Shown piece after piece: positions 8,522 to 16,767 of a stretch of 64,000 bases of DNA; within the stretch, counting starts at the first letter, position 1, and each line of letters opens with the position of its first letter. The DNA is taken from positions 31,775-95,774 of the forward strand of contig JAYKHR010000174.1 of NCBI GenBank assembly GCA_035285125.1, in the 5' to 3' direction. This stretch comes from Candidatus Sericytochromatia bacterium. Its GTDB lineage: Bacteria; Cyanobacteriota; Sericytochromatia; S15B-MN24; JAQBPE01. The notes beneath the pieces are model-generated. The model was not told the DNA's origin, made no database searches, and saw only the letters and a list, made by a program, of their open reading frames with translations. The position numbers and the translations under genes were made by a program.

Positions 8522-10057
8522 TCAGCCTTCGCCGAACGGCGCGCCCGCTCGCAGCCAGGCCAGGACCGTTCTGACGGGCGCCGCCGTCGGGCCCTTGATG
8601 CGGTGGCCGCGCGCGGCGTTGGACCAGCCCACCCCGGCGATGTCGAAGTGCGCCCACGGCTTGCCGGCCGCGAAGGGCTTCAGGAAGGCCGCCGCCGTGA
8701 TGGCGCTGGCGTCCCGGCCGGGGTAGTTCAGCATGTCGGCCAGGTCCGACCGCAGCGCCTCGTCGAAGCGGTTGTGATGTGCAGGGCCGAGCGGCAGTTC
8801 CCAGAGCTTCTCACCGGAGCGCTCGGACGCCTTGCACAGGGCCGCCACCAAGCCGGGATCGGTGCCCATCACGCCGGCGTACTCCCGGCCGAGCGCGATG
8901 CCGATCGCGCCTGTCAGTGTGGCCATGTCAACGATGGCGCGGGCCCCGAGATCTCGGGCGGCGAAGGCGATCGCGTCGGCGAGGATCACGCGCCCCTCGG
9001 CGTCGGTGTCGTTGATTTCGATCGTGAGGCCGCCGTAGGTCGTGACAATTTCGTTCGGCACGAGGGCGTGGGCGCTTGGCATGTTCTCGACGGCCGGCAC
9101 CACCGCCGTGACGTTGAGGGGCAACCCGAGCTGCGCGGCCGCGAACACGATGGCGAGGGCCGCTGCCCCGCCCGCCATGTCGTACTTCATCCGCTCCATC
9201 CCCTGCGACGGCTTGATGCCGATGCCGCCGCTGTCGAAGGTCACGCCCTTGCCCACGATGGCGATGGGCGCCTCGTCGGGGGCTCCCCCCCGGTGGTGCA
9301 CCACCATCAGGCGCGGCGGCCGCTCGCTGCCCCGGGCGATCGCCGTGATGGCCGCGAAGCCCCGCTGTTGGAGGGCGTGCTCGTCGAGGATTTCGACGGA
9401 GAGCCCCAGCCTTTCGGCCTCGCTGCGGGTCTCATCGGCCCACCGGGCCGGCGTGAGGTCGTTGCCGGGTCGCACGATCCAGGTGCGGGCGACGTCGATG
9501 CAGGCCACCAGCTTGCCGGCCCGCCCGAAGGCCGCATCCACGAGGGCGGCGTGCTCGTCGGGCGCGAGCGGGACGACGGTCTCCAGCCCGGGGGCTGGGT
9601 CCTGGGCTGCCTTCTGGCCGCGTGAGTAGCGAAAGGTTGCGAGCCCTGCCCCCTCCGCGATGGCTTCCGCCAGCGCATCCCAGGAGGGCGCCTCACCTGC
9701 CGCCCAACCCAGGGCCGCCGGGTCCGGCAGCAGCACGCCCGCCGACCGGTGGCCGAGTTCCTGCACGCAGCGAGCGGCCTCCCCGGCAGCAGCCCTGAAC
9801 CCCTCCAGGTCCAGCCCACCCGCCTTCCCGAGGCTCGCCACAACGACCCTGCGCACGGGGCCCCCGGGCAGCCAGAACGGCAGCAGCGCGCTGGCCTCGC
9901 CCGCAAGGTCTCCGGCGGTCAGCACGGCTGCAAGTGTGCCCCCGCGGGCTGCGTCCCAGGCGGCAAGGGCCGGCTGGAGGGACGCGCCGGGGTGCACGAA
10001 GGCGACGAGGGCCTCGGCATCGAGTTGCTCGAGGGCAGTGGCAGGAGTGAAGCGCAT
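8522..10057 (-). CDS. pepA: Cytosol/leucyl aminopeptidase (M17)
   Basis: VGKGVTFDSGG, MKYDMAGGAA, NDTDAEGRVILAD, DMATLTGA, WAHFDIAG. Confidence 0.93.
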   Translation of the reverse strand: MRFTPATALEQLDAEALVAFVHPGASLQPALAAWDAARGGTLAAVLTAGDLAGEASALLPFWLPGGPVRRVVVASLGKAGGLDLEGFRAAAGEAARCVQELGHRSAGVLLPDPAALGWAAGEAPSWDALAEAIAEGAGLATFRYSRGQKAAQDPAPGLETVVPLAPDEHAALVDAAFGRAGKLVACIDVARTWIVRPGNDLTPARWADETRSEAERLGLSVEILDEHALQQRGFAAITAIARGSERPPRLMVVHHRGGAPDEAPIAIVGKGVTFDSGGIGIKPSQGMERMKYDMAGGAAALAIVFAAAQLGLPLNVTAVVPAVENMPSAHALVPNEIVTTYGGLTIEINDTDAEGRVILADAIAFAARDLGARAIVDMATLTGAIGIALGREYAGVMGTDPGLVAALCKASERSGEKLWELPLGPAHHNRFDEALRSDLADMLNYPGRDASAITAAAFLKPFAAGKPWAHFDIAGVGWSNAARGHRIKGPTAAPVRTVLAWLRAGAPFGEG

Positions 10058-10067
10058 CTGAGGGTCC

Positions 10068-11189
10068 TTACCAGCGGATCTGCTCGAAGTGGTTCGAGGG
10101 CACGTCCCAGGCCTGATTCAGCGTCAGCTCGCGGCGGGCGGGGTCGCCATAGACCCAGTCCAGCTTGGCGAGCACCTGCGCCATGGCGTGGGGCAGGCAC
10201 TCTCGCTTTCCGCAGCGGGCGTCGTGCAGCATCGTGGCCAGGGTGGTGCGGCTGTTGGTGGCCACGAGGTTGCGCCAGTCTCGCCCGTCGATCACCCGGT
10301 TCCGATCGACGTCGAACCTCATCAGCCGCGCCTGAAGGTCCGCCGACATGGTGGGCTTGGCCCCGCTGCTCGGTTCGGGGGACCCCACCACGGCCACCAG
10401 CTTGGGCTGCACGTCGGCTTTCACCGGCACCGTCGCGTCCTGCACGACGTTGTCCCCTTGCCTGCCCGTCCCGACCGGCGACGCGCCAGAGTTCACGGGC
10501 ACCGGGCCAGGCCCCGCGGCCGGCTTGACCGACGCCAGCGCGAGGCGGGCGCGGTGGTTCCGGATCTGCGTGCGGATCAGGGGGTGCTTGTAGAGGCCTG
10601 CCAGCTCAGCGGCGGTATAGCCGCGGCGGTCCTTGACATCAGGGCTGGCCCCCGCCATCAGCAACTCGTATATCACATCCCCGTGCCCCTGCTGTGCGGC
10701 CCACATCAGGGGGGTGTAGCCCTCGTTGTCCTGGGCATTCGCGTCAGCCCCCTTGCTGAGCAGCACCCGGGCGATCCTCAGCTGCCCGTCCTGGGCGCTC
10801 CAGTGCAAGGCCGTGTAACCATGCTTGTCACGAACGTTGACGGCGGCGCCGGCATTCAGCAACTGGCGCACCACGATCTCATACTTGTTCTGGGTGGCCC
10901 ACATCAGGGCCGTGTAACCTTCCTTGTCTTGGGGGTCCAGCGCTGCTCCCAGGTGGATCAGGGTCGACACGGCGTTGACCTGGCCGTTCAGGGCCGCCCA
11001 CATCAGCGGCGTGTAGCCTTCGGCATCGGCGCTGTTGAGGTTCTGGCCGCCCCCAGCGAGGACCTTGATGCGTTCCGAGTCACCCGCGGACGCGGCAATG
11101 CCCAGGTCCGTGGCGGCGGCGGCGGCGGCGGGACCGGCGGCAGCCGAGAGCAGCAGGGCGGCGGCGATCAGGGTGTGCAGGACTTTCAT
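10068..11189 (-). CDS. Secreted ankyrin-repeat protein with C-terminal EF-hand-like motif
   Basis: Signal peptide; about five repeats of GYT(P/A)L(M/H)W(A/S); C-terminal DVDRNRVIDGRD. Confidence 0.88.
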   Translation of the reverse strand: MKVLHTLIAAALLLSAAAGPAAAAAATDLGIAASAGDSERIKVLAGGGQNLNSADAEGYTPLMWAALNGQVNAVSTLIHLGAALDPQDKEGYTALMWATQNKYEIVVRQLLNAGAAVNVRDKHGYTALHWSAQDGQLRIARVLLSKGADANAQDNEGYTPLMWAAQQGHGDVIYELLMAGASPDVKDRRGYTAAELAGLYKHPLIRTQIRNHRARLALASVKPAAGPGPVPVNSGASPVGTGRQGDNVVQDATVPVKADVQPKLVAVVGSPEPSSGAKPTMSADLQARLMRFDVDRNRVIDGRDWRNLVATNSRTTLATMLHDARCGKRECLPHAMAQVLAKLDWVYGDPARRELTLNQAWDVPSNHFEQIRW

Positions 11190-11300
11190 CGGCTTGCGGA
11201 ACCTCGTCAGGCATCCCCCCCAGGATGCACCACTGGTATACCCGCGGCTTGGCTTGCCGATCCGACGCCTGAAGCTCGGGCGAGGGAATTCGATGAAATA

Positions 11301-11377
11301 TTAACCAAAACTTAATCAAAACAGGCTGGCGGCACGCGAATTAAGTAAAGATTAACAACCTATAATAACGTTGTTAA
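11301..11377. promoter_or_regulatory. Divergent promoter region with two perfect TTAA-N7-TTAA boxes and TATAAT
   Basis: TTAAccaaaacTTAA 11301-11315; TTAAgtaaagaTTAA 11341-11355; TATAAT 11361-11366; a further in-phase TTAA at 11374. Confidence 0.6.
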
Positions 11378-11398
11378 CCTTGAAGGAGAATTTTGAAG

Positions 11399-11995
11399 AT
11401 GCGCCGCCTCCTCCCCTCCACCCTGATCGCCACGCTGGCCGCTGCCGCGGCTGGGTGCGCCACCGGCGCCCCAACCGTTGCCACGCTTTCGGCCACCCCG
11501 AGCGTTCGCACGGCCGCCGTGGCCCCTGCCGAGCCCTCTGCTCCTGCCGGGCCAGCGGCGCCCACCGTCACGTTGACCCCTGGCGCAGCCCCTGTGCCGC
11601 CGGGCGATGAGGCCGCCATCCCGGAGGCCCCTGCCTTTGATCTGACGGGCGAGCCGCGCCGCATGACGGCTGCTGGCGAGGCGGGCGCCCAGAGCTTGCT
11701 CGATCCCTGGCGGCCCTACGGTGTCGGCGTCGTCTCCAAGACGGGGACCAGCGTCACCCTTGCCTGGCGCACAGACCTGTCGGCGCGCGCCATCGTGTAC
11801 TTCGGCAAGACCTTCGGGCTGAGCAGCCGGGGCTACGACGGCGTCTATCACGTTAACGACAAGGCCAAGACGCATCAGGTCACCATCACGGGCCTCTCGC
11901 GCTTCCGCTCGTACACCTTCGTGGTGGTGGGCTTGGGAGAGCTGACGATGCAATTCCCGTCTTACCCGGTGCAGGTTCGCACCCACCTGTTCTGA
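11399..11995 (+). CDS. Lipoprotein with fibronectin type III (purple-acid-phosphatase N-terminal-like) domain
   Basis: AAGGAG RBS; LAAAAAG-C lipobox; Pro/Ala linker; TSVTLAWRT...HQVTITGLSRFRSYTFVV FN3 pattern. TTG 11393 is an alternative start. Confidence 0.8.
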   Translation: MRRLLPSTLIATLAAAAAGCATGAPTVATLSATPSVRTAAVAPAEPSAPAGPAAPTVTLTPGAAPVPPGDEAAIPEAPAFDLTGEPRRMTAAGEAGAQSLLDPWRPYGVGVVSKTGTSVTLAWRTDLSARAIVYFGKTFGLSSRGYDGVYHVNDKAKTHQVTITGLSRFRSYTFVVVGLGELTMQFPSYPVQVRTHLF

Positions 11996-12079
11996 GGCCC
12001 GGCCCGGCCCCACGGGCCGGCCGGAGCCTGACCACCGTCAGCCCTGGACCAGCTGCGCCACGGCGCGAAGGAGACTCCC

Positions 12080-12139
12080 GTGAACCACCTCAACCAGCTC
12101 CTCAACGGCGGCAGCACCAACCCCGTCGTCAAGGCCTGA
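12080..12139 (+). CDS. Putative 19-aa micropeptide MNHLNQLLNGGSTNPVVKA (not in the ORF track)
   Basis: AAGGAGA RBS at 12068-12074, GTG at 12080, every sense codon ends in G or C, TGA 12137-12139, downstream hairpin. Confidence 0.55.
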   Translation: MNHLNQLLNGGSTNPVVKA

Positions 12140-12172
12140 AGGCCAGGGCGCCCTCGATGCGGCGCCCCACCG

Positions 12173-12212
12173 CGCAGCCCTCCGCAGCCCCTGCGGGGGG
12201 CTGTGTTAGTTT
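12173..12212 (+). terminator. Probable intrinsic terminator
   Basis: CGCAGCCCTCCGCAG-CCC-CTGCGGGGGGCTGTG stem-loop followed by a T-rich run. Confidence 0.55.
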
Positions 12213-12320
12213 GGGTTAATTTTTCCTGATCTTAACTTTTTGTTCCACAAGCCCACCCTTGGCCCACGCGACAAGTACAGCAACACCGTTCTCGTTCGCC
12301 AACCTGGAGGGCCTCCGACC

Positions 12321-12962
12321 GTGCAACTTAGCTTCAGCCGCCTGCTCAGCCTTGGCCTTGCCGCCGCGATGCTGGCCGGGTGTGGCGCCCTCACCCCCGC
12401 GGCGCGCCTGAGACAGGCCGATGGCCTGTCGGCTCGCAGCGTAGCTGGCCTGGAGGAGGGCTTCAACCTCATTTACGGCGCCGCCTTCGCCCGGGCTGAT
12501 GCCAACGGCGACCTGAACGTCGACGAGTTCGAGGCCGGCCCATTCATCGACGTGCGCGACTTCCGGCAGGCCGACGACGATCGCAACGCCAGGCTGTCCG
12601 AGAAGGAGTTCCGGGCTTGGGCCACCCGCGGCTGGCTGTTCGGCCTCTTCGCCCAGGACCAGAAGACCTTTGTGCGTCAGCAGCGACGCACCCTGTTGGG
12701 CCACTTCCAGAAGCTGGACACCGACCGCAGCGGGCTGCTCGCCCCTGCCGAACTGGCGGATGCCGCGCTGCTGGCCGCCAGGATCAGGCTCGACCTCAAA
12801 GGCATCAAGACGGCCGTTCAGGTCGATTCAATCGATGAACTCGACCTGAAGCAGGCCGACAAGACTGGCGATGGCCAGCTCAGTCAGGGCGAGTTCGAGG
12901 ATTTCATCCTTTCCGCCTGGGCACGGCGTATCAACCCGCCCCGTCAGCCCGCGGCCAACTGA
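12321..12962 (+). CDS. EF-hand calcium-binding lipoprotein
   Basis: GGAGG RBS; MLAG-C lipobox; four EF-hand loops DANGDLNVDEFE, DDDRNARLSEKE, DTDRSGLLAPAE, DKTGDGQLSQGE. Confidence 0.85.
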   Translation: MQLSFSRLLSLGLAAAMLAGCGALTPAARLRQADGLSARSVAGLEEGFNLIYGAAFARADANGDLNVDEFEAGPFIDVRDFRQADDDRNARLSEKEFRAWATRGWLFGLFAQDQKTFVRQQRRTLLGHFQKLDTDRSGLLAPAELADAALLAARIRLDLKGIKTAVQVDSIDELDLKQADKTGDGQLSQGEFEDFILSAWARRINPPRQPAAN

Positions 12963-13046
12963 TCCCGGCTTCCCCGACCAGCCCACCGGAGTCTCCCTCC
13001 GGTGGGCTGGCTCGCGTCGGGGTGCAGCCCCGAGGAAAGGCTTCCC

Positions 13047-14228
13047 GTGACGACCTCGCAACGTGTCGCCCAGCGCGTTCAGTGTTTTTATGAGTCGGTC
13101 ATCCGTGAGATGACGCGCCAGTGCAACCGCGTGGGCGGCGTGAACTTGGCGCAGGGCTTCCCCGATTTTCCGGCGCCGGAGGCGCTGAAGGAGGCCGCCT
13201 GCCGGGCGGTAATGGCCGACGTCAACCAGTACGCGATCACCTGGGGCGCCCCGGGGCTGCGCGCCGCGATCGCGGCGAAGGCCGCCCGGTTCAACGGCCT
13301 GCCCTGGGTCGAGGCCGATCGGCACGTCACGGTGACGTGCGGTGCCACCGAGGCGATGATGGCGACCATGCTGTCCATCGTGGACCCCGGGGACGAGGTC
13401 ATCGTCTTCGAGCCCTTTTACGAGAACTATGGGCCGGATGCAGTGATGGCGCAGGCCGTGCTTCGGACGGTGCCGCTCGTGGGGCGCACCTTCGAGATCG
13501 ACCTCGAACGCCTTCGGGAAGCCTTCGGCCCGCGCACCCGCGCGATCGTCGTGAACACCCCCCACAACCCCACGGGCAAGGTCTTCAGCCGCCCGGAGCT
13601 CGAGGCCATCGCCGCCCTGTGCCAGGAGTTCGACGCCTTGGCGATCACCGACGAGATCTACGAGCATATGGTCTACGAGGGGGAGCACCTCTCCATCGCC
13701 GCACTCCCCGGGATGGCGGAGCGGACCATCACGATCAGCGGCCTGTCGAAGACCTTCGCCGTGACGGGGTGGCGGCTGGGCTACGTCATCGCGCCGGAAG
13801 CCCTCACGCAGGCCATCCGGCGGGCCCATGACTTCCTGACCGTCGGGGCCCCTGCGCCCCTGCAGGAGGCGGCGATCACGGCCCTGGCCTTCGGCCCCGA
13901 CTATTACGAGGCGCTGCTGGCGAGCTATCGCGCCAAGCGAGACCAGATGCACGCCATCCTCTCGGAGGTCGGCCTCGGACCCGTGCTGCCCCAGGGGGCC
14001 TATTACATGATGGCCGACATCCGCCACACCGGGCTCGATGACCGGGCCTTCGCCCGCTTCCTCGTCGAGGAGGTCGGCGTGGCCATCGTGCCCGGTACGA
14101 GCTTCTGGTCCGACACGGCGGCCGGGTCGGCGTGGGTCCGCTTTGCCTTTCCCAAGCGGCCGGAGACCCTCAACGCCGCGCGGGAGAGGCTCCTGACGCT
14201 CTCCGCCAGGCTCGAGGCTCGGCGATGA
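13047..14228 (+). CDS. PLP-dependent aminotransferase class I/II
   Basis: VNLAQGFPDF, NTPHNPTGKVF, ITDEIYEH, SKTFAVTGWRLGY (PLP lysine). Confidence 0.92.
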   Translation: MTTSQRVAQRVQCFYESVIREMTRQCNRVGGVNLAQGFPDFPAPEALKEAACRAVMADVNQYAITWGAPGLRAAIAAKAARFNGLPWVEADRHVTVTCGATEAMMATMLSIVDPGDEVIVFEPFYENYGPDAVMAQAVLRTVPLVGRTFEIDLERLREAFGPRTRAIVVNTPHNPTGKVFSRPELEAIAALCQEFDALAITDEIYEHMVYEGEHLSIAALPGMAERTITISGLSKTFAVTGWRLGYVIAPEALTQAIRRAHDFLTVGAPAPLQEAAITALAFGPDYYEALLASYRAKRDQMHAILSEVGLGPVLPQGAYYMMADIRHTGLDDRAFARFLVEEVGVAIVPGTSFWSDTAAGSAWVRFAFPKRPETLNAARERLLTLSARLEARR

Positions 14229-15517
14229 CGGTCGCGGCGGTCCCGGCGCAGCGGCGGCGTGCCACCTTCGCCGCAGCCGTCGGTAGCGCGATCGAGTGGT
14301 ACGACTTCTTTCTGTTCGGTGCGGCAGCTGCCCTGGTGTTCCCGGCGCTGTTCTTCCCTGAGCAGTCGCGCCATACGGCCCTGCTGCTGGCTTTCTCCAC
14401 CTACTTCGTCGGCTTCCTGGCCCGGCCCATCGGCGCGGCGCTGTTCGGCCACCTGGGCGATCGGCGCGGCCGCAAGCACACCCTGGTCATCACCCTGGTG
14501 ATGATGGGCGTGTCGACCTTCGCCATCGGGTTGCTGCCGGTTCACGCCGCTGTCGGCCCCTGGGGGGGCCTCGCGCTGGTTGCACTGCGGCTGCTGCAGG
14601 GCGTGGGGGTTGGCGGAGAGTGGGGGGGCGCCGTGCTGCTGGCCTTCGAGTGGGCGGCCCCGCGCGGGCGCGGCCTGGCTGCCAGCTGGCCTCAGGTGGG
14701 GGTTGCAGCGGGGTTGGTGCTGGCGAACGCCGCCCTGGCGTTCGCCTCCTGGCTCTCGGGGCCGGGCTTCCTGACCTGGGGCTGGCGCCTGCCGTTCCTC
14801 CTCAGCGCCGTCCTCGTCGCGGTGGGTCTCTGGGTGCGGCTCAACGTCGAGGAAACGCCAGCCTTTGCCCCGGCGAAGCCTGGAGACGCCTCGCTGAGTC
14901 CCGTGCGCCTCGTGCTGCGGCACCAGTGGCAGGATGTGGTGCTGACGGCGCTGGCCCGCACGGGCCAGCAGGCCCCGTTCTACATCTTCACGGCGTGGAT
15001 CCTGTCCTTTGGCACGCTTGAGCTCGGCTTGCCCCGCGAGCAGGTGCTGCGCTGGGTCATGGTGGGCTCGCTGGCCATGATGGTGAGCGTTCCGTGCTGG
15101 GCCTGGGTGTCGGACAGGTGGGGGCGCCAGGCCACGGTCATGGCGGGTGCCCTGGCGATGATCCCCTTCGCCTTCGGCTACGTGATGCTGCTCGAGACGC
15201 GAGACCCCTTCTGGATGATGGTCGCCGTCGTCGTGGCCCTTCCCGTGCACGACATCCAGTACGGGCCTCAGGCCGCTTACATCGCCGAGCGATTCCCGCC
15301 CGCCTGGCGCTACAGCGGGGCCTCGCTGGGCTACCAGCTGGCGTCGATCGTGTCGGGTGGGCCCGCGCCGCTGCTGGCCGTGTGGCTGCAGCAGCGCGGG
15401 CACGGGCCCTGGGCGATCGCCGCGATGATGGCCGCCTCAGCCCTGATCGGGCTGGCCGCGATGGTGGGGCTCTGGTGGCGCGATCGCCGTGGCCCGTCGT
15501 GGGCCGAGGCGCGATAG
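14225..15517 (+). CDS. MFS transporter, metabolite:H+ symporter (ShiA/ProP-like)
   Basis: IEWYDFFLFG, FLARPIGAALFGHLGDRRGRK, LQGVGVGGEWGGA, SDRWGR; ATGA overlap with the upstream stop. Confidence 0.92.
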   Translation: MTVAAVPAQRRRATFAAAVGSAIEWYDFFLFGAAAALVFPALFFPEQSRHTALLLAFSTYFVGFLARPIGAALFGHLGDRRGRKHTLVITLVMMGVSTFAIGLLPVHAAVGPWGGLALVALRLLQGVGVGGEWGGAVLLAFEWAAPRGRGLAASWPQVGVAAGLVLANAALAFASWLSGPGFLTWGWRLPFLLSAVLVAVGLWVRLNVEETPAFAPAKPGDASLSPVRLVLRHQWQDVVLTALARTGQQAPFYIFTAWILSFGTLELGLPREQVLRWVMVGSLAMMVSVPCWAWVSDRWGRQATVMAGALAMIPFAFGYVMLLETRDPFWMMVAVVVALPVHDIQYGPQAAYIAERFPPAWRYSGASLGYQLASIVSGGPAPLLAVWLQQRGHGPWAIAAMMAASALIGLAAMVGLWWRDRRGPSWAEAR

Positions 15518-15593
15518 GCCTGCTAACATGTCGCCGCCGGCGGCGAAGGGCCGCCCGGACTCCCAGAGGCGCAAGGCGCAGGAGGGTTCTGAC

Positions 15594-16613
15594 GTGGGGA
15601 CGGGGTTGCGGGTGACGCTGTTCGGGCTCGGCCCGATCGGGGCGGCGGTGGGGCGCCTGATCGCCGAGAAGGACAACGCGGTGATCGTGGCCGCGATCGA
15701 CGCGGACCCGGCGAAGGCCGGTCGCGATGTCGGGGAGCTGCTCGGCCTCGACCGGACGCTCGGCGTGGCGGTGGTGCCAGACGCTGCCGCGGGCCTTGCC
15801 GTGGCGGCAGACATCGTCGTCCACTGCACGGGCAGCTACCTGACGTCGGTCAAGGAGCAGCTGATCGCCTGCCTGTCGTCGGGTCACAACGTGGTCTCCA
15901 CCTGCGAGGAGCTGGCCTACCCCCTGCGCAAGCACCCTGAGATCTCGCAGGAGCTGGACGAGGTGGCCCGCGGGCACGGCGTCACGCTGCACGCCACGGG
16001 GGTCAACCCGGGCTTCGTGATGGACAAGCTGGTCCTGACCATGTCCTCGGTCTGTCAGCGGGTGGAGGGCGCGGTCATCACGCGCGTGGTGGATGCCGGG
16101 CGCCGCCGGCTGCCCCTGCAGAAGAAGGTCGGGGCCGGCATGACGGAGGAGACCTTCCGGGCCGAGGTGGCGGCAGGGCGCATCAAGCACCACGGCCTCC
16201 CCGAGTCTGCCGCTCTGATCGCGGACGGCTGGGGCCTGCCAGTCGACAGCATCTCCGAGGTGATCGAGCCGGTGATGGCGACGGGTCGGGTCGAGACGGA
16301 GTACCTGGTGGTGGAGCCCGGCCAGGTGGCGGGCGTCCGGCAGGTCTGCGTCGCCACCAACGGGGGCGCCGAGGTGCTCCGCCTGGTGCTGGAGATGTAC
16401 GTGGGGGCACCTGATCCCGCAGACGTCATCGAGCTGCGCGGCACGCCGGCGCTGACGCTCAAGGTGCCGGGCGGCACCCACGGCGACCTGGCGACCGCCG
16501 CGGCCGTGGTCAACGCTGTGCCGCTCGTGGTGTCGGCCCTGCCCGGCCTGCGGACCGTCGCCGACCTACCCGTGCGGTACAGCGCCAGCTACCCGGCCGT
16601 CAGCGGGGCCTAG
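15594..16613 (+). CDS. NAD(P)-dependent amine dehydrogenase / 2,4-diaminopentanoate dehydrogenase-like (DapB_N fold)
   Basis: GLGPIG Rossmann motif, DPAKAGRDVGELLG, NVVSTCEEL, TGVNPGFVMD, LQKKVGAG, GDLATAAAVVN; GGAGG RBS before GTG 15594. Confidence 0.8.
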   Translation: MGTGLRVTLFGLGPIGAAVGRLIAEKDNAVIVAAIDADPAKAGRDVGELLGLDRTLGVAVVPDAAAGLAVAADIVVHCTGSYLTSVKEQLIACLSSGHNVVSTCEELAYPLRKHPEISQELDEVARGHGVTLHATGVNPGFVMDKLVLTMSSVCQRVEGAVITRVVDAGRRRLPLQKKVGAGMTEETFRAEVAAGRIKHHGLPESAALIADGWGLPVDSISEVIEPVMATGRVETEYLVVEPGQVAGVRQVCVATNGGAEVLRLVLEMYVGAPDPADVIELRGTPALTLKVPGGTHGDLATAAAVVNAVPLVVSALPGLRTVADLPVRYSASYPAVSGA

Positions 16614-16670
16614 GCCCCGTCCGGCAGGCGTGGTGGCCCCGGGCGCGTCGCGCGACGCGCCCCGTCGGCC

Positions 16671-16699
16671 TTGTGGATTTGCGGGCTTGGCCGGATAAT
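16671..16699 (+). promoter_or_regulatory. Putative sigma-70 promoter of the pfa-ole operon
   Basis: TTGTGG-N17-GATAAT about 70 bp upstream of pfaD. Confidence 0.4.
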
Positions 16700-16767
16700 G
16701 AGGCTTCTGTCCGCCAGCCCGAGCCGCTTCGAGGTGCGGCGGTGGGCGAGAGGCGAGGTGTTGAACG

